Source: Alcanivorax sp. (lineage in GTDB: Bacteria > Pseudomonadota > Gammaproteobacteria > Pseudomonadales > Alcanivoracaceae). From it: 64,000 bases of DNA. The stretch covers positions 811,002-875,001 of the forward strand of contig NZ_CP051240.1 in assembly GCF_017794965.1 (NCBI RefSeq), written 5' to 3'. Below the pieces are notes generated by a model. That model made no database searches, was not told the DNA's origin, and saw nothing but the letters and a program-made list of their open reading frames with translations. This document shows positions 37,991 through 47,415 of this stretch, piece after piece. Each line of letters opens with the position of its first letter. Position 1 is the first letter of the stretch. The position numbers and the translations under genes were made by a program.

Positions 37991-38320
37991 CTATCTGTCC
38001 CGTGGCGGGGCCGGGGGGAAGGCCAGGGTGGCCACATTGGGGCCTTTGGCATCGGCAATCTTTGCTGGTCCTTCTTTCTTGACTTCATCGATGCGAATGA
38101 TGGCCTGCAGGGGGATGTAGGAGCGAATCACATCCGTGAATTCACTCTTCAATTTCTCCTCCGCCGGGTCTACCACCACCCCCGAGCGTTCACCGAAGCG
38201 AAATTCCTCCACTTCAATAAAGCCATACAGCTCACTTTGATATATCTGTCCGGCATAAAGCTCGTAGGTTTTTCCATTGTTCAGGAATATTACGCGGTAA
38301 ATCTGACGCTCTGCGGGCAT
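37991..38320 (-). CDS. DUF1820 family protein
   Basis: 109 aa. IYRVIFLNNGKTYELYAGQIYQSELYGFIEVEEF... is typical of the family. Confidence 0.75.
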   Translation of the reverse strand: MPAERQIYRVIFLNNGKTYELYAGQIYQSELYGFIEVEEFRFGERSGVVVDPAEEKLKSEFTDVIRSYIPLQAIIRIDEVKKEGPAKIADAKGPNVATLAFPPAPPRDR

Positions 38321-38784
38321 GGGGGTATCCGTCGGATGGGGTAAGGGCGGCTGGAGCCATGGGGAATCAGGAGTGAAAGACAGACCACCATCGGATCATG
38401 CTGATTCCGCAAGGAATTATAGCGACAGTCCCTGACAAAAAGTAACGCCGCATCTGCCTGAAAAGCTTGATAAACCCTACCGTTTGGCTGGACTTTGCCC
38501 ATGCGAATGACTAGAGTTGGCGCCCATAAATGCAATAGGGCATTTTGCCGCACCTTGATCAACCCGGTGTATCGCCAGCTGTCGGGAACTAGCTGTTTGA
38601 TTTCATTGGAATTGCGCCTGTGCGACGGTAGTAAATGACCACCCCCTTGGTCGCTGCGGTCCACAGTACGGTGTAGCAGATCCCCATCGCATCAATCCTG
38701 AAACTTCGCTTTCCAGGTGCCGGTTACGGCAAAGAACAAGCGCGCCCGTTACGAGGTGTGCTGGGGAAAACAGGGAGCAAACGC

Positions 38785-39993
38785 ATGCAGTCAACTCTGT
38801 TCCACCGCGCGGCAGCGGGTCTGACGTCACTGATGATCAGTGGCATGACCTTCGCCAGCGACTGGACCGAACGTTCCAATCTTGACCTGCGACCCGGTGT
38901 TACCGAGGTCAGCCAGGAGATTCAAGATCTTCACACTACCGTTCTCTGGATTGTGACCGTTATCGGTCTGCTGGTGTTCGGCCTGATCGTGGTTTCCATG
39001 ATCCGCCATCGCCGTTCCAAGAACCCGAACCCGGCCACTTTCCACGAAAACGTGTTCCTGGAAGTGCTGTGGACCGTGATTCCTTTCGTGATTCTGATCG
39101 CCATGGCCGTGCCGGCCACCCGCGTGCTGGTCAAGCTGGATGACAGTGCAGAATCCGAGCTCACGGTGAAGGTGACCGGCTACCGCTGGAAGTGGAGCTA
39201 CGAATACCTCACCTACGAAGATGACAACGATATTGGTGTCTCCTTCTTCTCCAACCTGGCGACCCCGCCGGAACAGTACAACAACCCGGTCCTGGCCGGT
39301 GGTCTGTTCCCCTACGGCACTGCGAAGGACCGGGTCGGCAAGGAAGCTCCCGAGAAGGACCACAACTATCAGCTGGAAGTGGACAAGAAACTGGTCATCC
39401 CGTCAGGCCAGAAAGTCCGTTTCCTGGTCACTTCCGACGACGTGATCCACTCTTTCTGGGTGCCGGACTTCGGCGGCAAGAAAGACGCCATCCCCGGCTT
39501 CGTGAACGAAACCTGGGCGCTGGTACCGGAAGGCAAGGAAGGCACCTACTACGGTCAGTGTGCTGAACTGTGTGGCAAGAACCACGCCTTCATGCCCATT
39601 GCGGTAGAAGTGGTTACCCAGGATGAATTCAAGACCTGGATTGCCGAAGAGAAAGAGAAGGCCGCTTCCGGCCCGGATCTGACCCCGTTCTCTGGTCTGG
39701 ACCAGGCGATGGAAGAAGGTGAGCAGGTTTATGCCTCTGCCTGTGCCCTGTGCCACGGTGCCAACGGTGAAGGCGGCATTGGTCTGCCGTTCGCCGGTAC
39801 CGACTTCGCCACCCAGGACGAGTACCTGAACGAACATATCGACGTGCTGGTGAATGGCCGTGCTGCCATGCCCGCATTCAAGGCTCAGCTGACTCCGCGC
39901 CAGATTGCGGCGGTAGTGACCTACGAGCGTAACGCTTTCGGCAACGACACCGGCGACCTGATTCAGCCCGCCGATGTTAATGACCACGAATAA
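38785..39993 (+). CDS. coxB: Cytochrome c oxidase subunit II with C-terminal cytochrome c domain
   Basis: ORF 38758 trimmed to ATG 38785, with GGGAG 7 nt upstream. CuA motif HSFWVPDFGGK...CAELCGKNHAFM. Haem c site CALCH. Confidence 0.95.
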   Translation: MQSTLFHRAAAGLTSLMISGMTFASDWTERSNLDLRPGVTEVSQEIQDLHTTVLWIVTVIGLLVFGLIVVSMIRHRRSKNPNPATFHENVFLEVLWTVIPFVILIAMAVPATRVLVKLDDSAESELTVKVTGYRWKWSYEYLTYEDDNDIGVSFFSNLATPPEQYNNPVLAGGLFPYGTAKDRVGKEAPEKDHNYQLEVDKKLVIPSGQKVRFLVTSDDVIHSFWVPDFGGKKDAIPGFVNETWALVPEGKEGTYYGQCAELCGKNHAFMPIAVEVVTQDEFKTWIAEEKEKAASGPDLTPFSGLDQAMEEGEQVYASACALCHGANGEGGIGLPFAGTDFATQDEYLNEHIDVLVNGRAAMPAFKAQLTPRQIAAVVTYERNAFGNDTGDLIQPADVNDHE

Positions 39994-40007
39994 GGGAGGG
40001 GATAGCA

Positions 40008-41615
40008 ATGTCTACTGCAGCTGCAACCCATGATGATCACCACGATCATCACCACGCCCCGACCGGCCTGAAACGCTGGCTGTTCAGCACCAACCACAAA
40101 GATATCGGTACCTTGTACCTGTGGTTCAGCTTTGCCATGTTCCTGGTTGGCGGCTTTATGGCCATGGTAATTCGTGCCGAGCTCCTCGAGCCCGGCATGC
40201 AGTTCGTGGATCCGGAGTTCTTCAACCAGATGACCACCGTACACGGGCTGGTCATGGTATTTGGTGCGGTTATGCCCGCCACGGTTGGTCTGGCCAACTG
40301 GATGATTCCGTTGATGATCGGTGCGCCGGATATGGCGCTGCCGCGGATGAACAACTGGTCCTTCTGGATCCTGCCGTTCGCCTTCGGCATCCTGATCTTC
40401 GCCGTGCTGATGAGCGCCTTCGGTGCCGGTAACCCCAGTGCGCCGAACTTCGGCTGGACCTTCTACGCGCCGTTGTCTACCAAGTACGGCCCGGCGTCCA
40501 CCGACCTGTTCATCCTGTCCGTACACATGATGGGTATCTCTTCCATCATGGGCGCGATCAACGTTGTGGTAACCGTCTTCAACATGCGTGCCCCGGGCAT
40601 GACCCTGATGAAGATGCCGTTGTTCGTGTGGACCTGGCTGATCACCGCCTTCCTGCTGATTGCGGTAATCCCGGTTCTGGCCGGTGCGGTGACCATGATG
40701 CTGACTGACCGTCATTTCGGCACCAGCTTCTTCGATGCCGCCGGTGGTGGTGACCCGGTCCTGTTCCAGCACATTTTCTGGTTCTTCGGGCACCCTGAGG
40801 TGTACATCATGATCCTGCCGAGCTTCGGTATCGTGTCTGCGATCATTCCGGCCTTTGCCCGCAAGCCGCTGTTCGGTTACGCCTCCATGGTGTACGCGAC
40901 CGCGTCCATCGCGCTGCTGTCCTTCGTGGTCTGGGCCCACCACATGTTCACTGTGGGCATGCCGTTGGCCGGTACCCTGTTCTTCATGTACATGACCATG
41001 CTGATCTCCGTACCCACCGGTGTGAAGGTGTTCAACTGGGTGGCCACCATGTGGCGCGGTTCCATGACCTTCGAACTGCCGATGAAGTGGGCGATCGCGT
41101 TCGTGATCCTGTTCACCTGTGGCGGTCTGTCCGGTCTGATGCTGGCCATGACCCCCATCGACTTCCAGTACCACGACACCTACTTCGTAGTGGCTCACTT
41201 CCACTATGTACTGGTGACCGGTGCCATCTTCTCCATCTTTGCAGCGGCCTACTACTGGTTGCCCAAGTGGTCCGGCGTGATGCCGAGCAAGCTGCTGGGC
41301 GAGCTGCACTTCTGGAACTCCCTGATTTCCGCCAACCTGCTGTTCTTCCCCATGCACTTCGTGGGGCTGGCCGGCATGCCGCGTCGTTACGCTGACTACG
41401 CGTTGCAGTTTGCGGATTACAACTTCTGGATTTCCATTGGTGGCTTCTGGTTCGGTCTGTCCCAGGTGATCTTCCTGGTGGTAGCCGTGCGCTGCGCCAT
41501 GAAGAAAGGCGAGCCGGCTCCGGCCAAGCCCTGGGAAGGTGCAGAAGGTCTGGAATGGGAAGTGCCGTCTCCGGCGCCGTTCCACACCTTTGACACTCCG
41601 CCGGTGGTCAAGTAA
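40008..41615 (+). CDS. coxA: Cytochrome c oxidase subunit I
   Basis: 535 aa. WLFSTNHKDIGTLY, WFFGHPEVYI and HHMFTVG motifs. GGAGG SD upstream. Confidence 0.97.
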   Translation: MSTAAATHDDHHDHHHAPTGLKRWLFSTNHKDIGTLYLWFSFAMFLVGGFMAMVIRAELLEPGMQFVDPEFFNQMTTVHGLVMVFGAVMPATVGLANWMIPLMIGAPDMALPRMNNWSFWILPFAFGILIFAVLMSAFGAGNPSAPNFGWTFYAPLSTKYGPASTDLFILSVHMMGISSIMGAINVVVTVFNMRAPGMTLMKMPLFVWTWLITAFLLIAVIPVLAGAVTMMLTDRHFGTSFFDAAGGGDPVLFQHIFWFFGHPEVYIMILPSFGIVSAIIPAFARKPLFGYASMVYATASIALLSFVVWAHHMFTVGMPLAGTLFFMYMTMLISVPTGVKVFNWVATMWRGSMTFELPMKWAIAFVILFTCGGLSGLMLAMTPIDFQYHDTYFVVAHFHYVLVTGAIFSIFAAAYYWLPKWSGVMPSKLLGELHFWNSLISANLLFFPMHFVGLAGMPRRYADYALQFADYNFWISIGGFWFGLSQVIFLVVAVRCAMKKGEPAPAKPWEGAEGLEWEVPSPAPFHTFDTPPVVK

Positions 41616-41636
41616 CGGACACGTGACGAGGGCACT

Positions 41637-42215
41637 ATGAGCGAGAATCAGCCACTCAGCGTAGAGCAGCGCAACAAGCGTACGCTGAAAAAGCTGGTGA
41701 TCTGGGCGATTGGCATGTTTGCCTTCGCCTTCCTCATGGTGCCTTTTTACAACGTGATCTGTGACATCACTGGACTGAATGGCAAGACATCCAGTACGGC
41801 TGCTACCGATGCTCCGGCACAGGTGGTGGAAGACCGTACCGTGACAGTGGAATTCATTACCCAGAAAGGGGATGGCATCAGCGGTGAGTTCACCTCTGAG
41901 ACCAAGCGGGTAAAGGTGCATCCGGGTGAGATTACCCTGGTCCATTTTTATGCCAGCAATCCCACGGATTCGGACATGGTGACCCAGAGCATCCCGTCGG
42001 TGACTCCGGGCGTCGCGGCGCGTTACCTGCACAAGACCCAGTGCTTTTGCTTCGATCAGCAGACACTGGCGGCAGGCGAACGCAAGGACATGCCGATGAT
42101 CTTCTATCTGGATCCGGAAATTCCCAGTCACATCAATCAATTCACTCTGTCGTACACTATTTTTGATGTGACAGAGCGGGTCGCCGGTAAAAACAACAGC
42201 GTGGCTGTGAACTGA
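41637..42215 (+). CDS. ctaG: Cytochrome c oxidase assembly protein CtaG/Cox11
   Basis: TM followed by FYNVICDITGLNG, and a CFCF motif (TQCFCFDQQ). Confidence 0.9.
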   Translation: MSENQPLSVEQRNKRTLKKLVIWAIGMFAFAFLMVPFYNVICDITGLNGKTSSTAATDAPAQVVEDRTVTVEFITQKGDGISGEFTSETKRVKVHPGEITLVHFYASNPTDSDMVTQSIPSVTPGVAARYLHKTQCFCFDQQTLAAGERKDMPMIFYLDPEIPSHINQFTLSYTIFDVTERVAGKNNSVAVN

Positions 42216-42243
42216 TAACAGCCGGTTGTAGAGGAGAATTTTA

Positions 42244-43122
42244 ATGGCTACTGACAAGTATTACGTACCGGAAAGCAGCCCCTGGCCGCTGACCGCGTCT
42301 ATCGGTCTGTGCATGACCGCGGTGGGCGGTGCCCACTTTATCCAGCAGAGCACCATGGCGGACATGGAACCCAGCTTCTCGGGCAAGCCCCTGTTCTTCC
42401 TGGGCCTGGCCTGGCTGCTGGTGGTGGTTGCCCTGTGGTGGCGTGACACCATCAAGGAATCCGTGACCGGTCTGCACAGCAACCAGCTGGGTGGTTCCTA
42501 CCGCCAGGGTATGCTGTGGTTCATCTTTTCCGAGGTGATGTTCTTTGCTGCCTTCTTTGGTGCCATGTTCTATACCCGCTGGCTGATCATTCCGTGGCTG
42601 GGCGGTGAAGGCACTGGTGCCATGACCCACGAAGTACTGTGGCCGGAATTCCAGGCCATGTGGCCGCTGACCGTGACCCCGGACGGCACCACCACTACCC
42701 CGATGGGAGCCTGGGGCCTGCCGGCCATCAACACCGCCATCCTGCTGGTGTCATCCATCACCCTGACCATTGCCCACCATGCACTGCTGGAAGGCAAGCG
42801 CGGCACCTTGATCCTGTTCCAGGCCGCCACCGTGGTGCTGGGTGTGATCTTCCTGGGCCTGCAGGCGCTGGAATATGTTCACGCCTACGACATGGGTCTG
42901 ACCCTGGATGCGGGCATCTACGGTAGCCTGTTCTTCCTGCTGACCGGTTTCCACGGCGCCCACGTGACCATCGGTACCATCTTCCTGCTTGTCACCCTGA
43001 TCCGTGTGATCAAGGGGCACTTCAGCGAAGATAACTGCTTTGCCTGGGAAGCGGGTGCCTGGTACTGGCACTTTGTGGACGTGGTATGGCTGTTCCTGTT
43101 CGTGACCGTGTACTGGTTGTAA
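42244..43122 (+). CDS. coxC: Cytochrome c oxidase subunit III
   Basis: 292 aa, 7 TM segments, with GFHGAHVTIGTIFL and WYWHFVDVVWLFLF. Confidence 0.95.
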   Translation: MATDKYYVPESSPWPLTASIGLCMTAVGGAHFIQQSTMADMEPSFSGKPLFFLGLAWLLVVVALWWRDTIKESVTGLHSNQLGGSYRQGMLWFIFSEVMFFAAFFGAMFYTRWLIIPWLGGEGTGAMTHEVLWPEFQAMWPLTVTPDGTTTTPMGAWGLPAINTAILLVSSITLTIAHHALLEGKRGTLILFQAATVVLGVIFLGLQALEYVHAYDMGLTLDAGIYGSLFFLLTGFHGAHVTIGTIFLLVTLIRVIKGHFSEDNCFAWEAGAWYWHFVDVVWLFLFVTVYWL

Positions 43123-43127
43123 GAGAC

Positions 43128-43162
43128 GCTGCACGCGTCACGCAACAAGCAACACGCTAAAA
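43128..43162 (+). repeat. 7-nt periodic array, 5 units
   Basis: gctgcac gcgtcac gcaacaa gcaacac gctaaaa. Starts 5 nt after the coxC stop. Confidence 0.8.
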
Positions 43163-43163
43163 A

Positions 43164-43194
43164 GCCGCGCTCCGAAAGGGGCGCGGCTTTTTTG
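43164..43194 (+). terminator. Rho-independent terminator of the cox operon
   Basis: gccgcgctcc gaaa ggggcgcggc (10-bp stem, GNRA loop) followed by tttttt. Confidence 0.9.
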
Positions 43195-43211
43195 TGGGCA
43201 GCTCTGCGGCT

Positions 43212-43246
43212 GCTGGACGCTGGACGAATCACGTCGGACGCTAAAA
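43212..43246 (+). repeat. 7-nt periodic array, 5 units
   Basis: gctggac gctggac gaatcac gtcggac gctaaaa. Confidence 0.75.
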
Positions 43247-43290
43247 ACCTCTGTCTTCAACAGCGCACTGTGGTTGAAGGGAGTAACCAG

Positions 43291-43503
43291 CCTGCAGGCG
43301 CTCCGAGTCTCGAAGGTAAAAAGTTACGAGTTACGATAAGCGAGTTTCGAAAGGCAAAACCTCAAATCTCGTGCTGGGTTGTTGTCTTTTGATCTTCGAA
43401 ACTCGGTACTCGAAACTCGCTTCTGGAATCCTTACCTCGCCAAGGCTCGGATCGCCTGCAGGCAGGCTCCTACGGCGGGGAATAGCGAGGGTTTTAACGA
43501 TGC
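43291..43503. repeat. Long-hairpin intergenic element, copy C (left arm degenerate)
   Basis: The right arm cttcgaaactcggtactcgaaactcgcttctggaatccttacctcgccaaggctcggatcgcc...gctcctac and the tail gcggggaatagcgagggttttaacgatgc match copies A and B. Confidence 0.8.
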
Positions 43504-43539
43504 AAAAAGGCCCGCCCGGTTTATCGGGCGGGCCTTTTT
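43504..43539. terminator. Bidirectional intrinsic terminator (third copy of the module)
   Basis: aaaaa ggcccgcccgg tttat cgggcgggcc ttttt. Confidence 0.85.
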
Positions 43540-43540
43540 G

Positions 43541-43640
43541 CATCAGGCATCAGGCATCAGGCATCAGGCATCAGGCATCAGGCATCAGGCATCAGGCATC
43601 AGGCATCAGGCATCAGGCATCAGGCATCAGGCATCAGGCA
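43541..43640. repeat. Perfect microsatellite (CATCAGG)x14.3
   Basis: Counted directly. The last ~21 nt are the 3' end and stop codon of the minus-strand esterase gene. Confidence 0.97.
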
Positions 43641-44282
43641 TTCACTAATCCATTTCCCGATCTCGCGGATCTGTTCCAGGCACACCATGTGTTCCATGGG
43701 GTAGGTGCGATAGTCGGGGGACAGGCCCATCTGTTGCAGGCTGGCAACCGCGCGCTGGCCCAGCTGTTCCGGTACCACCGGATCCATGGTGCCGTGGCTG
43801 ACCATGACGGGGAGGTGGGCATTCGTTTCGCTCAGGGCGACAGGTATGGCCATGTAGGTGGACAGGGTCAACAGGCCGGCAAGCGGCTTGGGGTGGCGCA
43901 GGGCACACTGATAGGCCACAGCGCCGCCTTGAGAGAAGCCGGCGATAATGATCCTGTTGCTGGGAATGCCACGCTGGATTTCCCGTTCGATCAGATCGTC
44001 GATCGCATCCGCGGAGGCCAGAACGCCGCTCTCGTCCACCTTGCGGTCGATATCCATGGCCAGGATGTCGTACCAGGCAGGCATCACCATGCCGCCATTG
44101 ACGGTCACCGGGATGTTGGGCGCATGGGGGAAGATGAAGCGCACGGGCAGATCGGCTGGCAGCTGCAGCTCAGGCACGATGGGTTCAAAATCGTGACCAC
44201 TGGCCCCCAATCCATGTAACCAGATCACGCTGGCGACAGCGGGTTGTGCCGGCTCGATTTCGATACATTCCAGCAAGGCCAT
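43620..44282 (-). CDS. Carboxylesterase/phospholipase family alpha/beta hydrolase
   Basis: ORF 43620..44330 trimmed to ATG 44282 (alternative 44288), with GGAGG upstream. VIWLHGLGASGHDF and GFSQGG nucleophile elbow. Confidence 0.85.
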   Translation of the reverse strand: MALLECIEIEPAQPAVASVIWLHGLGASGHDFEPIVPELQLPADLPVRFIFPHAPNIPVTVNGGMVMPAWYDILAMDIDRKVDESGVLASADAIDDLIEREIQRGIPSNRIIIAGFSQGGAVAYQCALRHPKPLAGLLTLSTYMAIPVALSETNAHLPVMVSHGTMDPVVPEQLGQRAVASLQQMGLSPDYRTYPMEHMVCLEQIREIGKWISECLMPDA

Positions 44283-44284
44283 GA

Positions 44285-47191
44285 TCATTCCCCTCCTGCG
44301 ACGATAACGCGTACGGCGTTGAGTTGGCACTGGGCGTCGGCCAGCAGTTTTTCCAGTTGCCGGGTCTGGTTTTCCAGAGCAGTAATCTCTTCTTCACGGA
44401 CCGCCGGGTTCTTTTCTTTCAGCGCCTTGAGGCGGCCGAGTTCGTGCCCTTGCTCCTCACGCATGGCGTCCAGTGCAGCGGTGATAATGGTGTCCGCTTC
44501 CTTGCCCGCGGCGGCTTCGTTGCCCTTGAGCAGTTTTTCCAACAGGCCTTTCTGGCTGGAAACAATCTTGCGGCTAAGGGGTTTGTCCATCTTGTGACAT
44601 TGCTGGCTTAGGCCGTCGTGGCTGATGGCCTGGCTGATGTTCTTGCCATTACTGTCCAGCAGGTGACGGATCACCGTGCAGGGCAGGAAGCGGTCTGCCT
44701 GCAGATGTTTGGGAGCCATGGACTCCACCGTGTAAATCGCTTCAATCAGCAGGGTGCCGGCCTTGATACGCGGGTTTTTCAGCAGGCTGACAGCCGCCTT
44801 GCCCTTGTGCTCTCCAAGCAGCATTTCAAGGCTGCCGGTGACCATGGGGTGCTCCCAGGTGAGGAACTGCATGTCGTCCCGGCTCAGGGCAGTGGTGCGG
44901 TCGTCGGTCATGGTGATGCCTTCATCCGGGAGCCCGGGGAAAGCATCGCGCATGTGCGGGCCGGGTTTGAGGATCACGGCAGTATCCGAGTGATCTTCCT
45001 GGTCCACGCCGTAGCGATCAAAGACGCGCTGCATGAATGGCAGTGGGCTGTCCTCATCCGATTCGGCCAGCAGGGACTGAAGTTGCGAGGCATGTGCGTC
45101 ATCGAAGGAGCTCAGTTCCAGCAGACGGTCACGACCGGTTTCCATCAAGGTGTGGAGCTCGTCGGCAACAGCGCGGGTTTCGGACACCAGTGCATCGATA
45201 GCGGTGTACTCCGGGTCGCTACAGAGCAATGGTTCCAGCGCATCACGGCTGCGCAGATAGATATCATGGCCCGCCGGGTTGGTGTGTTCGAAGGCATTCA
45301 TGCCTTCGTGGTACCAGCGGTAAAGGACTTCCTGGGCGTGCCCTTCGAAATAGGGCACATGAATCTGGATGTCCTGATTCTGGCCGATACGATCGAGGCG
45401 ACCAATGCGTTGTTCCAGCAGATCCGGGTTCAGGGGCAGGTCCAGCAGCACCAGGTGATGGGCGAACTGGAAGTTTCGTCCCTCAGAACCAATTTCAGAA
45501 CAGATCAATGCCTGGGCGCCGTCAACGTCGTCAGCAAAGAAGGCGGCGGCACGGTCACGCTCAATCAGATCCATGTCTTCATGGAACATGGCGACGTTCA
45601 TGCCCAGTTTGTAGTTGCAGTGCGCGTGCAGATCGGTGGCGGTATGGCGGCTGGCACAGATCACCAGCACCTTTTCCTGGCGGTGTTGTTTGAAGAACTG
45701 TTCCAGCCAGTTGACCCGTGGATCAAGGCCGCACCAGCGATCATCGTGATAGAGGGTCTCCGGGTGCAGCTGCCCTTCCAGGGATTCGTCGTTGTCGTAG
45801 CGATATTCGTCGGGCAGCTCCAGCGGGTAGCCATGGGCATGGCGCTGGGGAAAACCGGCGATATTGTGGCGCGTGTTGCGGAACATGACTCGCCCGGGTC
45901 CGGAGCGATCCAGCAGCTCGGCCAGGATACCATCGCGATCGCTGTCCGTGATGGTCATGTCCGGCAGGAGTGTCTGGGCCCGTTTGATCAGATCCGCATC
46001 CCAGCTGGGCTGGTCGTGCAGTTCACCGGCCAGCTGGGCGATCTCCTGATAGTGGCTTTGCTCTTCACGGAAGGCGTCCAGGCTGGGGTAACGATCCGGG
46101 TCCAGCAGGCGCAGGCGGGCAAAGTGGCTTTCCAACCCCAGTTGTTCCGGGGTCGCGGTGAGCAGCAGCAGGCCGCGGGCCTGACGGGCGATGGTGTCAA
46201 CGCGCTGATAACCCTCACTGGGGGCGTCTTCACTCCATTCCAGATGGTGTGCCTCGTCCACCACCAGCAGGTCCCAGTCGGCGCCGGCCAGCTGCTCGAT
46301 ATCACATTCTGCAAGGAAGTCGGTGCTGCACAGGATTAGCTGTTCGCTCAGGAACGGGTTGTCGTTGTTGCTCGGCGCTTCGCCTTGTTCTTCGGCAATC
46401 CGTTCTTCCTCGATAATCTGCGCCAGCATGTCCTTGATGCTGGTTTCCGGCTGCAGCGCTTCCAGACGTTCGCGATCGAAGATGGAAAAGTGCAGGTTGA
46501 AGCGGCGTACCATTTCCACAAACCATTGATGTACCAGTGCCGGAGGCACCACCACCAGCACCCGGCTGGCGCGGCCGGTGAGGAGTTGCTGATGCAAAAT
46601 CAGGCCCGCCTCGATGGTCTTGCCCAGACCCACTTCATCCGCCAGCAGGACCCGGGGGGCAAAGCGGTTGGCTACCTGGTCGGCAATGTAGAGCTGGTGG
46701 CCGATATGATCGATGCGCGGGCCTCGCAGTCCCTTGATACGGGATTGCTGTTGCTGACAGTGGGCGTTGAGGGCATCCACACGCAATTCGAACCAGCGGT
46801 TGGAAGAGAGCTGGTTGGACAGCAGACGGTCCAAGGCAGAGTTGAGGCGCAGCGTATGACCCAGCAGGGTTTCCGGCACGGGCTGCACATTCTCCGGCTC
46901 ACCCGCCGGGTGGGCCATGTAGACCTTGAGACCGTTCAGTTCATTGACTTCTGCTACGGTCAGTTCCAGCCCGTCTTCAGTACGCAGGGTGTCGCCGGTA
47001 TCAAAGGTTACCCGGGACAGGGGCGCATTGTTGATGGCGTAGGTACGCTCTTCCTCAACAGCCGGGTATTCCACCGTGACCAGACGGTAGTCTACGTCCT
47101 TGATGATGCCGAGACCCAGTTCGGTTTCGGATTCGCTCAGCCAGCGCTGGCCGGGGGTGAAGTCTGTCATTGTTGCTGCCGGTTGATTCAA
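44285..47191 (-). CDS. rapA: RNA polymerase-associated SWI2/SNF2 ATPase RapA
   Basis: 968 aa, the same length as E. coli RapA. N-terminal FTPGQRWLSESETELGLG, with DEVGLGKT, DEAH and helicase C motifs. Confidence 0.95.
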   Translation of the reverse strand: MNQPAATMTDFTPGQRWLSESETELGLGIIKDVDYRLVTVEYPAVEEERTYAINNAPLSRVTFDTGDTLRTEDGLELTVAEVNELNGLKVYMAHPAGEPENVQPVPETLLGHTLRLNSALDRLLSNQLSSNRWFELRVDALNAHCQQQQSRIKGLRGPRIDHIGHQLYIADQVANRFAPRVLLADEVGLGKTIEAGLILHQQLLTGRASRVLVVVPPALVHQWFVEMVRRFNLHFSIFDRERLEALQPETSIKDMLAQIIEEERIAEEQGEAPSNNDNPFLSEQLILCSTDFLAECDIEQLAGADWDLLVVDEAHHLEWSEDAPSEGYQRVDTIARQARGLLLLTATPEQLGLESHFARLRLLDPDRYPSLDAFREEQSHYQEIAQLAGELHDQPSWDADLIKRAQTLLPDMTITDSDRDGILAELLDRSGPGRVMFRNTRHNIAGFPQRHAHGYPLELPDEYRYDNDESLEGQLHPETLYHDDRWCGLDPRVNWLEQFFKQHRQEKVLVICASRHTATDLHAHCNYKLGMNVAMFHEDMDLIERDRAAAFFADDVDGAQALICSEIGSEGRNFQFAHHLVLLDLPLNPDLLEQRIGRLDRIGQNQDIQIHVPYFEGHAQEVLYRWYHEGMNAFEHTNPAGHDIYLRSRDALEPLLCSDPEYTAIDALVSETRAVADELHTLMETGRDRLLELSSFDDAHASQLQSLLAESDEDSPLPFMQRVFDRYGVDQEDHSDTAVILKPGPHMRDAFPGLPDEGITMTDDRTTALSRDDMQFLTWEHPMVTGSLEMLLGEHKGKAAVSLLKNPRIKAGTLLIEAIYTVESMAPKHLQADRFLPCTVIRHLLDSNGKNISQAISHDGLSQQCHKMDKPLSRKIVSSQKGLLEKLLKGNEAAAGKEADTIITAALDAMREEQGHELGRLKALKEKNPAVREEEITALENQTRQLEKLLADAQCQLNAVRVIVAGGE

Positions 47192-47415
47192 GGGGGCCGA
47201 ATTATACGGCTTTGTGCGCCGCGCTTCGATGTTGACAGGGTGCTGTGACAGGCTTTTGTCCAGTTCGGGGCCTGGTTGCCCATGTTCCTGGCGCTGTGGG
47301 CGGAGGCTGTCGGGTTGATGGCTCTCCCGTCAACGGCCTGCTCTGCCGACATTCCCGCTAATCGGCGTTCAATCTTTTGATATGCTGGGGCTCCACTTCT
47401 TACAGGCAGTTCTCG

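Noticed and set aside
38555-38562. FNR/ANR box upstream of coxB
   Set aside because: Only the short palindrome TTGATCAA is present, not TTGAT-N4-ATCAA. This is insufficient to call a site.
39963-42257. 764-aa minus-strand ORF across coxA/ctaG
   Set aside because: It is antisense to unmistakable cytochrome oxidase subunit I and Cox11 genes. The composition is dominated by H, G, R and Q. It is a shadow ORF.
43541-43640. Possible CRISPR array
   Set aside because: The unit is only 7 nt, there are no spacers and there are no cas genes in the window. It is a microsatellite.
43371-44219. ORF encoding HQASGIR HQASGIR ... repeats
   Set aside because: The repeat peptide is simply the translation of the (CATCAGG)14 microsatellite. 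The rest is antisense to the esterase gene.
44618-46339. 573-aa plus-strand ORF. Similar long antisense ORFs lie at 3289..4422, 17611..19002, 19772..20731, 25273..26112, 35006..35806, 51975..53828 and 58621..59460.
   Set aside because: Each lies opposite a gene with strong family motifs (rapA, miaB, rhlB, SDR, SSS, COX15, carboxylase, SBP). All show the same Gly/His/Gln/Val-rich shadow-frame composition.
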